From NCBI GenBank assembly GCA_030141605.1, contig JAQGDQ010000102.1, forward strand, positions 1 to 42,176: a DNA stretch of 42,176 bases, written 5' to 3'. Made by a program: the position numbers and the translations under genes. Of this stretch, positions 25,323 to 36,678 are shown in pieces. The notes beneath the pieces were generated by a model that made no database searches, was not told where the DNA came from, and saw nothing but the letters and a program-made list of their open reading frames with translations. The DNA is from Tubiluchus corallicola. Its lineage: Eukaryota; Animalia; Priapulida. Positions within the stretch are counted from its first letter, which is position 1, and each line of letters opens with the position of its first letter.

Positions 25323-25740
25323 CCCGGGGCCTCACCCTCCAGGGGGGCCTCGCGCCGAGGTAACTTTTTTTTGCTTTATGCGAGCATAATGCATCTTCTC
25401 TCCATCTCTCTCTCTCTTGAGCTCCGTTTGCCTTGTGCGGCTAAGTGCCGATGTTCAGCTGTTTTCGATTTTGGAATTTCTAACACCAGCTTGTCCGGAA
25501 GTGAGAGTACGGTATTACATATTGTAAAGATGTTGTCTGTTCTTTTTGATTTGACTATTTGACAAGTATTAAGGACTGGTCTTGAGAATAAAGCAGTTTT
25601 TCTTTCAATTGTTCTTTCCTTTAACAACTGTATAACTCCACATTTTCTCTTCGAAAATGCGTCTCCGGCGTTCTAACAGTTCAAAAATTTTCTGGGCGCC
25701 CCCACTTCCACGGGCCTCGCTTAGGCTGAAATAGGCCCTG
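25323..25740. mobile_element. Decayed hAT-like MITE
   Basis: Right end ..GAAATAGGCCCTG (CAGGGCC-type terminus). GGGCCTC subterminal motifs occur at both ends. The left terminus is eroded. Confidence 0.4.
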
Positions 25741-26719
25741 TTTCTGAGAATAATTAACTTTGAAACAGACAGAGCCTAGTGGGTGCTTTTTGCTGGCTTA
25801 GTAGTATTTTGTGAAATACAGGGTATAGATTCCGTGGTAATGACCTTTGGCATTTAATGAGTTAGTAGGGTACCATTGAAAATATATGATCATCAATGGT
25901 GCTATAAGTAGTTTGACAGCTCTAGCCTAGTAATAATATTTTAAATGTAAGTCACAGTGAGTGGCGTCAAATGCCACCTAGTGATTTAAGTACAGTCTTG
26001 ATGATCGATTTTCCATCGTTGCGAGAATAAGTGTACAGTTTAGATTTTATTGGTCATATAAAATGCAACTTGGTTGTTCTGACTCGATATGTACTGAAAT
26101 AATAGCAAAAAGGTAACTGAACCGTCCCCAAACCAGCCCCAGAAGTTCGTGGTATCGTGCAAAATGTGAATACGTAAAGCAGAGCACAGCTAGATCACTC
26201 AGTAGAAATGTAAGCCCACAGCCTCACATGAAAACACTACAGGCAGAAAGAGCTATCTCTGCGCCATGGTTGGTAATTATGATCAAATTACGTTAAAAGT
26301 TGACCATTTTTTCTCTTAATCGGATGCAAAACAAATGACTGTTGAATGAAAATTGGCATCTTTGCATTTGAGCATTTATTGTATTTTATGAAAGTTTCAT
26401 AGAGCTCGTCTCTGCTTCATCGACTAGCAAAATTATTTACACTTTATTTAGTTTGGTACTTTTACTGAGCCGTGAGGTAAAATAATTTATTTGATATTTA
26501 CATGATTTGTTTGTTTCATAGAAATTATATTTTATCTCACCACTGATAATTTATGTTTAATTTTTATGCGAACTGTAAACTATAAACAGCTGCTGACAAA
26601 AATGACAGTCGATGCGAAATTGTCGTTTTTTAGACTACTGATCCTTGCAAAATAATTAAACTAATTAACAACTCGGTTCTTTTATCAGACATAGCTGTGT
26701 TATAGGATAAATGCTTCTA

Positions 26720-26908
<189 letters not shown>

Positions 26909-27891
26909 GTCATTACACAGCACGGCTCATTTCCATTAAGCTGGCGGAAAATCGATTGTTTAATTACTTAGCGTTCTGAAATGCTATGCACCAAATTCCA
27001 AAAATCCCTACGGGGATTGACAGAACCAAATGCATTAAGAAAAGTCGCACTCTCTGACGTCATTACAGATTATTCATCAAAATCGTGTATGCATGTGTTA
27101 TATGTAGGCTATACATGTGTGGGTTATAAGCGTCATTTTAAGTTTCAATTAAGCACGACCATGACAATTATTATCAGTGAAAGCTGGCGAATTTCCTTCG
27201 TTAAAATTAATGAATTCAGCAGCATTAACTCAATGATTAAATACAGACTGTGAAATGAATTTTGTGCAACCATGTCGAAAATTAAAGCTTGCTAATAGTA
27301 GACATGTCGTACGTGTATAAGATTATAGGAGTCTGATATTCAAAGAACTGTAGTAAAACACAGTTGCCGACGCTGTTTTTCATATGAGAAATTAGTTTTA
27401 AAAAAGTCAGACAGTTGCACCTCGTATAAAAACATGTTGAGTACTGCTGGGTAAATTTTGGGGACGTCAAATTCTGGGAGTAATCCTTTTAATTAAGTTT
27501 AGTATATGTATTAGCATAGTACATGTGTTAGTATAGTACATGTGTAATTCCTTAAGTGCACAACTCTAATTAAATGAACCGAGCATTTTTGCGTTATTTT
27601 GCTACCGAACCGTCTGATTCATCGATACCAGCTAGTGTGTTCCCTGTAGAAAAACACTTTCTTATTTTTGCTTTATTTGGTTTCCTAACATTACGTCACT
27701 TCACTCAGATATTAGTGCGCGTTGACCTGCTTTTGCTGGCAGTTTCTATGTAAGCGCTTGCAGAATGATCATTCCGTTAATAAAAAACTTTCTTACAATA
27801 ACATTTATCTAACTATGACTGTTAACAACATTAAAATCGAAATCTTCAGGACGGAATACAGGAAACGGAAGCTGAAAGAGATAGCGGGATC

Positions 27892-28450
27892 ATAGTTTAT
27901 AGTTTATAGTTCTATTGACGAAGGACACAACACAACAGACAATACAAATTACATGAAAAAAATCACAGAACATACAAAGCATCCCAACACTTGGGTATAA
28001 TTGTTAAACAGTAAGAGAAACAATAGAGGTTAAACAGTAAATAATATTTGTGCGTTTACAAAAATCATGTTATCAAGTTTCAGATCCAATTAACACAAGC
28101 TAGAGGTAGGTAGACTATACTATAATATAGTATATTAGGTATACTATAATACATGCATAAGCCTTACACACAGGTTCATTACACTTTATTATAATATTGT
28201 ACAGGAAAATTCACATTTGGGGTGTTATGGAGACCACGGCGCTAAAAATACTTTTGGCTATGGAGTTAACTAGCTAGAACCGGTCCGGTTTTTATTCATT
28301 TGGTAATGAACACCATGTTGGAAAAAAGTGGAACAATACAGAAAATAACTATGGGAAACTCTAATAAATGATGTACTTAGTAAATAGAAGCTTGGGACAT
28401 GTTTTTAACACCGTATACAACCCACCACACTACAATAAAGACATGGCAAA
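27892..28450 (-). mobile_element. Possible decayed LINE 3' end
   Basis: Minus-strand tail (AACTATA)3 at about 27892-27912. A frameshifted ..YCSTFF../WCSLPNE near 28295-28345 resembles the SFFP..WNSLP ORF2 end. Confidence 0.35.
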
Positions 28451-28754
28451 GATAATGTTGCATTAACAAAAGTAAAAATGTCGGTTAATACGTTTCGTCT
28501 ATTGTGATGGAAGTTTGTGACGTCCGTGACATCAGTCTGGAATATAAGAACTACCGAACAGCATTGCAACCCGTTTTGATATCGTTGACTGTATTCTAGT
28601 ATGATTTTGTGTAAGTCCCATACTTAGGCTGCGTCAGTAGCTTAATTTAGTTAATTACTTATGTTGATTGAATGAGTCATTAGTTAATTACTCAATAAGC
28701 GAATTTAGCTATTATAACGAAGCAAATTGTGATTGTAGATATATGAGCATGCAT

Positions 28755-28958
28755 CTATTTAGCTCTGGGAAGGGTCCCACCTCATACCTGTCCTAGATCT
28801 CCTTTACAGGAAAGCAAGTGATTGGTTATACCCTCAACTGAACAGGCTATCTAGTCAATAAACTGTCATGTTAAAGGACAAGGTCATCCAGTTTTACCTG
28901 TTCTAGAAATTGAAACCAGGTTCAAGACAGTGTGTCGAACGTGCTAAGCCAGTGAAGT
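28755..28958 (-). mobile_element. Possible decayed tRNA-derived SINE
   Basis: Minus strand has CACTGGCTTAGCACG (A-box-like) followed about 20 nt later by GGTTTCAATTTC (B-box-like). Confidence 0.25.
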
Positions 28959-30263
28959 CGTCAAATATGGCTTCCGACGAATATTTATTAACAATCGAGT
29001 TCAAGACTTAATTGCTGTGGCGACAGAAAGTGATTAAAGGGCACTGACACAGCAAAGGGTTAGGTGTTCGAGCCGTGAGGCGAAAACGATAATAAACTGG
29101 CTATTGTTCGTTATCTGACGTACTGCTGTAAACGGAGATTCGGGCCTGATGCAGAAACAACCAGGCGATGACCAGACGTTGTATCAATGGTAGTTTCACG
29201 AGCTCCACGAGTCATGACTCCACTGCACTCCACTAGGATTGGAGAAGTAACAGCACACGACTCCGGTACAGACATTGTAGAAGTGGCCACGTAAGATTCC
29301 ACCCCCTGCTCGAGCTTTGGAAGAGTATCTTCTCAAGACTCCACGAAGTTCGCATACCGGTTAGTCACGTTATTCCAGCTTCCAGAATGATGGAGAACGT
29401 CAAACGACAGCTTCCGACTGCAGTCACTACAACTGATAAGTATACTTACCTTACATCCCTTCCTATACCTGGGATGGGCTAACTAGTCTTCTGTTTATCT
29501 TAGGTTATCTAGAAACGTTGTTTGTAATTATAACAACTTTGTTGTTGTTTTGGATTAAAGTTTTAGTTCTTATTACCTCATTAAACCAAGAATTTATCGG
29601 TAATATTAAAAACTGTTTCGTTTGCTTCTATTTGGAATACATGTCTGTGAACTATGCTTAAATGGAAAGATTCACTGAACCCACGCGTCAGCACGTCTCG
29701 GAAATTAGTAGAAATAAAGTGTTTGTGGTGTCATAACGAAAGCGCCCCATATCACAAGTGACGCCCATGTATTACAAATGGTATCACAAAGTTATTGTAC
29801 ATACTAATTAGTCGTGATAATGATCGATTTCATTTTGCACAGATACAGCATGATTTAACTTTGGCGCAACCAGGTTAGCACTAGCTAAGCTTGAACTTAA
29901 AATAGCTACACATAGGGATTTCAAGATCCCAATTTTGTTCATTTTTGCGAGCAACATTCTGATTCTTCGTGAGTCGCACCATCTGATATCCGTCAAAGTT
30001 TTCTACAAAACGTTAAATGCAAAATCACTTTTAAAGAAGCAATGAAATAAATTACAGCAAAATATTGCAAATGCCGTGTAATTGCATGCGATGATAATAT
30101 CTTAATAATATTATGTTATATTATAATGTTAATGATATGGTTCATTGGTAATCAACTTTTAAAATACTTTGCTACTGACTGTATAATAGATCTACTGTAA
30201 TTTTTCAGTTTCTCTGACAATGCAGTCTGTTGACAGACCAAGGAAGCCATTTTGATCTCTGAC

Positions 30264-30393
30264 ATGTCAGCTTGTCGACTCAATGCTGAATACTTGAACG
30301 CAAGGAGATGCTTGCTTTTTATTACATTCTTAACTGCTGTGGCCTGGGTAGTGTTCGCCTATTCTCCGTACACATCCCAGTACAAGTACAACG
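30264..30393 (+). CDS. Carbohydrate sulfotransferase, first coding exon (cytoplasmic tail and type II transmembrane anchor)
   Basis: Acceptor TTTTTCAG ends at 30208 and ATG is at 30264. Translation MSACRLNAEYLNARRCLLFITFLTAVAWVVFAYSPYTSQYKYN has basic residues followed by a hydrophobic helix. The phase-1 donor G/GTAGGT at 30394 matches the phase-1 acceptor at 34358. Confidence 0.8.
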
Positions 30394-30589
30394 GTAGGTA
30401 TGCTGCTCTATCGACAGAGAAAACATTTTTATCGTTTTAAGATTCTTTGAATTGATGACTAAACGCTGTGCCACTGTATTGGTTATTACAGCTGTGAATT
30501 TCAGACAGTTCAGTCTTCAAACATTAATGGTTTCAGGAAGCAATTGATTAGTTCTGAACGCGTGGGCAAAACTGCGCCAAATAAGAGGT

Positions 30590-30758
30590 ACTGTAATTAG
30601 ATACTCCAATTAGATACCTTTAATTAGATACTGTAATTAGACACCTTTAATTAGATACTGTAATTAGATATCTGTAATTAGATACCTGTAATTAGATACT
30701 GTAATTAGATACCTTTAATTAGATACCTGTAATTAGATACTGTAATTAGATACCTGTA
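30590..30758. repeat. 13-14-bp minisatellite TAATTAGATAC(C)TG, about 12 copies
   Basis: Seen directly in the sequence. Confidence 0.92.
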
Positions 30759-31105
30759 AGACTATTAGTACGTTAGGGCGTTACTGTTAGTACGTTAGTA
30801 CTGTGAGAATGTGGTTTGGATCAGCCCTCAAATTGTAACATTTACTCATTCAGTCTCACGCTAGAACAGTTACATCAGTTTCTTCAAGTAACAAATATCT
30901 ATTGCGAACACAGTGATTCTAAGATTGTAATTCTAGGACCTGTCCGTTCTTACTGTTGATTGTAAAATCTGGAACAACGCCACATTTTGCAGTCGGCGGT
31001 AGATTCAGACACGTCGACCTCCGCAGAAATTCTGAGTGGAACATTGGCCTATACGCACGACAAGCATGCAGTCATTTGGGCTCTGGCAATTTTACTATTT
31101 CCTCT

Positions 31106-31141
31106 TCTAAAGGTCCCTGGTTCAATCCCGATTTCCGCACC
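31106..31141 (+). pseudogene. 3' half of tRNA-Phe(GAA), fragment
   Basis: TCTAAAGGTCCCTGGTTCAATCCCGATTTCCGCACC compared with the remembered metazoan tRNA-Phe 3' half TCTAAAGGTCCCTGGTTCRATCCCGGGTTTCGGCA(CCA). The 5' half is absent. Confidence 0.7.
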
Positions 31142-32009
31142 GCTTGTGGACACTTTTAGCTGACTGCATAAAAGGATTGAATTTGTAAAGAGCATGAAGT
31201 ATATTAGACTGAGGTTAGTGTAGTCTGTTGCAGGCTTGTTCACTCTGACGGTTGAAAGAAAGAACATGAAATCGTGTTAGACTTTAGTTCTATTTACACA
31301 TATTGTACTATTATTTACAGGGGATAATACACATGCTGAACATTCAACAACAATCCTCAAGAATGAAAAAACCCAGGCTGGCCTTGGTAGAGTTACCCAA
31401 GTCACATGCATCCACTGAGCTTACCTGATTGGCTAGTAAAACGCACTAGCAATCAATACTACCATACATAGGAAGCCCAGCAGGTACAGGTGACTTAGCA
31501 GAACAGACCAAGGCCATAACCTGGACTAAACTTGACTCAGTTCAATAATAAATAATGTTAAATGTAGGTGGCAGCACATATTAAATTATTATTATACTAT
31601 TTTAAATTAAGAGTCGCAAATGAAATGTGCGACAAATCCTTCTAGGCAGCGTAAGAACCAACATTCTGCCTCTAAATTAAAAATACGTTATGTTGTATGG
31701 TTTGAACAAACTTACTGAAACGCTGCACCAGCAGAGGATCATGATGATTGCATTCGGGATGTTTTTGTGCCAGTGGCCTACTTTGCACAGTCGAACTTTC
31801 GCTTTGCAGCTGTATATAACTACTGCATTTGTTTGTAATTTCTTGGGGGGTACTGGTGAGTATACAGTAAAAAATGGCTGTACTGACGCTACCCAGCATG
31901 TGAGCAGCAAATACGTAATGTGAGCTCAACGCCAGAGTGATACGCGGCCTTTTGACCATCGTAAACCAAGAATTAGGATTTCCACCTGGTACCGAAATCA
32001 TGAGTTAAG

Positions 32010-32131
32010 AGCCGGCTAGGGGTCGGGGCGGAGCCCTTAAAACCCCTAGAGTTTTTCGAAAAACCGACGGAACAATGGATGTATGGCTGAATTTCGGGAG
32101 ACTCCGGCTCAAATCCGTGGTGGCAACCCTA
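32010..32131. mobile_element. Isolated right end of a hAT-like element
   Basis: GC-rich patch ending GTGGCAACCCTA (TAGGGTTGCCAC-type terminus). A similar left-end motif TAGGGTTGTCACC occurs at about 3142. Confidence 0.35.
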
Positions 32132-33058
32132 CCAAGAATAACAACACAAAATTAAAAATATTACTTGTGTAACGTTTCTCAGTTTTGTTAAGATATATAT
32201 ATACATTATACATAACCTACGCACGGATTTGTAGTCGTTAATAACGTTAGAGAATAATTTTTAGCTTTTTGTACTGCGTATAGGTGCTTATGCGACAGAA
32301 ATTGTGTTTTAGCAAACATGGTACTATTTACTTTACTGAGACAGTTATGTATTTGCACGAGGATCAGTTTAACTAATACTTTAATTAGTTGCTTTAATAA
32401 AAATTGATTTCAGTTTATGGCACTTTCACAAATATTGTAGTGCAAAGTACATTTGTTTGTAATTTTTAAGGTTTTAAATTCGTTTTAATGTGACTTTATA
32501 GAAACTAAATAAACTAGACATCATGAGTATCATAAAATGCCTTGGATCGTCATTCGTCAGATCAAATTTCATAAAGACAAAAAATTACATAAAAGTGTTG
32601 TTTTAAAACTCAGTAAATTTTACTTTAACCTAGCTTACGAATGCGTCAGGTTGCCTATGGTTTCAGAAGTAGAAGAACAGACACAACATATTTGAAAAAA
32701 AATTACTATCGTAAAACTGTTTTTCAGCTTTCTCAGTTGCATTAAAGTAATTCTAGCGTTCACACGAAATGTTGACGTGTGAATGAAAAAACGTCTTGTA
32801 GTTAGCAAATAGGCACGTCGTGAATTTGTTCACAGCCGTTTGAACGGCAAGTAAGAAATAGCCAATAGACTATATAGAGGGTCTTTAGAAGTAGGGTGCA
32901 CTGTGCTTTGCGCAGTGAATGCGAGGTGCTCGTTGAAAATCTGCTGGTTTCTAGTGGCAAGGATTTAGCCTGAAAAGAAGATTGTGCTCTTGTGAGACTT
33001 GCCATATTCATAATTGTAAAGAAGACAAAGTGTCCTTTAAATCTCAGAAACTTTTATT

Positions 33059-33101
33059 CTTCCAGAAGCTTTCGTCTTTCACAGACTTCGTCAGCTGAAA
33101 G
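33059..33101 (-). ncRNA. Minimal type-I hammerhead ribozyme motif
   Basis: Minus strand reads CUUUCAG-CUGACGA-A-GUCU-gugaa-AGAC-GAAA-GC-UU-CUGGAAG: 7-bp stem I, conserved core, 4-bp stem II and palindromic AGCU helix III. Confidence 0.8.
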
Positions 33102-34182
33102 TACTCGGACTTCGTCAGCTGAAAGTACACGGACTTCGTCAGCTGAAAGTACTCGGACTTCGTCAGCTGAAAGTACTCGGACTTCGTCAGCTGAAAGTAC
33201 TCGGACTTCGTCAGCTGAAAGTACTCGGACTTCGTCAGCTGAAAGTACTCGGACTTCGTCAGCTGAAAGTACACGGACTTCGTCAGCTGAAAGTACTCGG
33301 ACTTCGTCAGCTGAAAGTACTCGGACTTCGTCAGCTGAAAGTACTCGGACTTCGTCAGCTGAAAGTACTCGGACTTCGTCAGCTGAAAGTACTCGGACTT
33401 CGTCAGCTGAAAGTACTCGGACTTCGTCAGCTGAAAGTACACGGACTTCGTCAGCTGAAAGTACTCGGACTTCGTCAGCTGAAAGTTCTCGGACTTCGTC
33501 AGCTGAAAGTACTCGGACTTCGTCAGCTGAAAGTACTCGGACTTCGTCAGCTGAAAGTACTCGGACTTCGTCAGCTGAAAGTACACGGACTTCGTCAGCT
33601 GAAAGTACTCGGACTTCGTCAGCTGAAAGTACACGGACTTCGTCAGCTGAAAGTACTCGGACTTCGTCAGCTGAAAGTACTCGGACTTCGTCAGCTGAAA
33701 GTACACGGACTTCGTCAGCTGAAAGTACACGGACTTCGTCAGCTGAAAGTACACGGACTTCGTCAGCTGAAAGTACTCGGACTTCGTCAGCTGAAACCGA
33801 CTCGTCAGCTGAAAGTACGAAAGTACTCGGACTTCGTCAGCTGAAAGTACACGGACTTCGTCAGCTGAAAGTACTCGGACTTCGTCAGCTGAAAGTTCTC
33901 GGACTTCGTCAGCTGAAAGTACTCGGACTTCGTCAGCTGAAAGTACTCGGACTTCGTCAGCTGAAAGTACTCGGACTTCGTCAGCTGAAAGTACTCGGAC
34001 TTCGTCAGCTGAAAGTTCTCGGACTTCGTCAGCTGAAAGTACTCGGACTTCGTCAGCTGAAAGTACTCGGACTTCGTCAGCTGAAAGTACTCGGACTTCG
34101 TCAGCTGAAAGTACACGGACTTCGTCAGCTGAAAGTACTCGGACTTCGTCAGCTGAAAGTACTCGGACTACGTCAGCTGAAA
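33084..34182 (+). repeat. 24-bp tandem array, about 45 copies
   Basis: Unit GACTTCGTCAGCTGAAAGTAC(T/A)CG with one disruption at about 33796-33820. Confidence 0.98.
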
Positions 34183-34186
34183 CTAC

Positions 34187-34231
34187 TTTTTCAGCTGACG
34201 AAGTCCGTGTAGGACGAAAGCTTCTGGAAAA
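34187..34231 (+). ncRNA. Minimal type-I hammerhead ribozyme motif
   Basis: UUUUUCAG-CUGACGA-A-GUCC-gugua-GGAC-GAAA-GC-UU-CUGGAAAA: 8-bp stem I, core CUGANGA and GAAA, 4-bp stem II. Predicted cleavage after 34223. Confidence 0.82.
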
Positions 34232-34358
34232 ATAAGTTTTTGAGATTTAAAGGACACGTCTTCTTTGTGATAAGGGTTTTAATCAACTTAGCTGACAAGG
34301 AGACAAGGTTTGTCTTTAAACTTTACAATTATTTTCACTGCAACATTTTTATTTTCAG

Positions 34359-35545
34359 AGCTGTGCCACTGGTTGGGAGTAAAATTAAAATGTGAAAGAC
34401 AAAATTTGGCACCACGTGTGACGTCTGTTGACCAAGGTGTAATCAACAAAATTAGCCATGCAATGAAGAACTATCTAAACAGCAACCAGGGGAAATTCTT
34501 TGGCAGGACCAACAAAGTAAAAACTATTGTTGTCTTGTTGGCTTACTATCGTTCAGGGTCCACCTTTACTGGTGAATTTTTTAATCATCACCCTCAGGTG
34601 TTCTATCTCTTTGAACCGTTGCTTCCGATAGTAAAGGGTTATAATCACACTAGAACTACCAGAGAGTCTGCCAACATAAGAAAAGCTTTAGAAAACATTT
34701 TCTTGTGTCGGTTAGAGAGCCCACTGCCAAATTTTCACTTGAACGCGAACTTCCTGAAGCGTTCTCGGGCCGTAAATAATCGTAAAGGGTGCAGTTATGT
34801 AAGATACATACGCAAAGTGTTCCGGTGTTTGGGCGCCCAAGCGGGTAGGCTCCCAAGAAACAGCGGGAATCAGGGAATGATAACTTTGACTGAAGTGTGT
34901 GCGCAGTACAAGGTTCTAGCTTCGAAGTTGATACGCGCTGATGTCTGTGATATATTGCCATTTATGAACAAATATCCTGATTACAAAGTTAACATTATTC
35001 ACTTGATTCGTGACCCGCGTGGCATGTTACGTTCTCAGCAAAATATCATAAAGAAGGAAAACTTGACTTCGATTCCGTTTGATCTGGAACACCAAGCGCG
35101 TGATATATGTGCCCGTATGTTGAAGAACATGGCTGACGGCGATGAGTTGATCAAACGTTTTGGTGACGTTTTTCGAACGTTCAGATACGAAGACATTGCA
35201 GCCGATCCAGAAGGTTACATCAAGCAGATGATGGATTGGGTCCGTCTTCCACTAGCGCCGGAAGTTATTAAACAGGAAAAGGTGTCAGCTGGCGAATTTT
35301 CACCTCACAAGAAACCCAAGCGAGAAGAAATATACGGCGTTTATAGAAAAAACGGTACAGCCACGGCACTAGCGTGGCAAAATTCTGCCAAGGAGTTTAT
35401 CCAGACTGTAGAATCTGCTTGTATGGATTTTCTCCGTGAAGCTAAATACCCAGTACAAAACTGTGATAGTTCACCTGATTGCCAGAACTCTTATCTTTAC
35501 ACAAACTATGACTCAGATACAGATACAAAAGAAGACGGTTCCTAG
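34359..35545 (+). CDS. Carbohydrate (Gal/GlcNAc/GalNAc) 6-O-sulfotransferase, CHST1-7 family, catalytic exon
   Basis: 5'-PSB motif VVLLAYYRSGSTFTGEFFNHHPQVFYLFEPL, 3'-PB motif IIHLIRDPRGMLRS and RYEDIAADP. Acceptor TTTTTATTTTCAG ends at 34358 and the stop TAG at 35545. The specific orthologue cannot be assigned. Confidence 0.93.
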
Positions 35546-35789
35546 CATTCAATTTTAAACTTTTAAAACCAAGTTACTTAAAGAAACATCAAATTACAAT
35601 AATTAATAGGACATTTACTGCAATTTCCTAACAAATTTTATTTTATAATTTAATTTAATGATTTTTTACATACTATTTAATACATACTGATTGATTTTGG
35701 CGCTTGTTGTGGTTGATGTGATCGTTGACTATAATATGTATATATGTTTTAAACCACGTTACTGTTATCATTATGTAAATAATAATTTT

Positions 35790-35795
35790 AATAAA
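35790..35795 (+). promoter_or_regulatory. Candidate polyadenylation signal of the sulfotransferase
   Basis: AATAAA about 245 nt downstream of the stop codon in an AT-rich UTR. Confidence 0.4.
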
Positions 35796-36155
35796 GTATA
35801 TTGATATTAAATAACTTACAACTCAACGCTGATTATTTTATATGTTAAAATGCATTAAGCACTTAAAAACCTAAGCTAAAACAGTTGCTGCTATTATTTG
35901 TACTTGATAAGTGACAACATCAAATACATTTACTTAACAGTTAGCTTTTACATTCAATGTAATTTGAAGATGTAATGTCACTAGAACGAATTTTATAGAA
36001 ATTGCGTAATAACAATTTTATTATAAAAGAAACTATGTTTTTCCTGGATTTTTAGTTTATTGCTGGTCGGAATTATAGCAAAGCAAAGTGTAGAATGGAG
36101 CTGCAAGAGACTAGGAGAGAGACTTAGCCAAAGTTGCCTTCCATAGTGATGATAA

Positions 36156-36678
36156 AATAAACCACCTACTGTGAAATTTATGAGATTAAAGTTTTTGATA
36201 TTAAAGGAGCTACGTGAATAAACTATCTACTGTAAAATTTATAAGATTAAAGTTTTTCATATTAAAGGAGCTACGTAAATAAACTATCTACTGTAAAATT
36301 TATAAGATTAAAGTTTTTCATATTAAAGGAGCTGGGTAAATAAGTCATCTACTGTAAAATTTATAAGATTAAAAGTTTTTGGTATTAAAGGAGCTGGGTA
36401 AATAAGTCATCTACTGTAAAATTTATAAGATTAAAAGTTTTTGGTATTAAAGGAGCTGGGTAAATAAACCATCTACTGTAAAATTTATAAGATTAAAAGT
36501 TTTTGGTATTAAAGGAGCTGGATAAATAAATCATTTACTGTAAAATTTATGAGCTGGGTAAATAAGTCATCTACTGTAAAATTTATAAGATTAAAAGTTT
36601 TTGGTATTAAAACAGCTGGATTAATAAATCATCTACTGTAAAATTTATAAGATTAAAGTTTTTGATATTAAAGAGCTA
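36156..36678. repeat. 61-62-bp minisatellite, about 8.5 copies
   Basis: Unit close to AATAAACTATCTACTGTAAAATTTATAAGATTAAAGTTTTTCATATTAAAGGAGCTACGTA. CTACTG recurs at 36227, 36288, 36349 and 36411. One truncated unit near 36535-36570. Confidence 0.93.

Larger units (their letters stand above)
33018..34266. mobile_element. Inverted-repeat element with a hammerhead motif in each arm, probably a Penelope-like element derivative
   Basis: 33018-33100 is an inverted repeat of about 80 bp with 34189-34266 (AAAGAAGAC..GTGTCCTTTAAATCTCA.AAACTT..TTCCAGAAGCTTTCGTC..GACTTCGTCAGCTGAAA). Confidence 0.7.

Noticed and set aside
32992-34212. 406-aa (TSSAESTR)n ORF and the opposite-strand (YFQLTKSE)n ORFs as mucin-like proteins
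   Set aside because: They are by-products of a 24-bp (multiple of 3) array. The start is GTG, the frame shifts mid-array, and the region lies inside the sulfotransferase intron within an inverted-repeat element.
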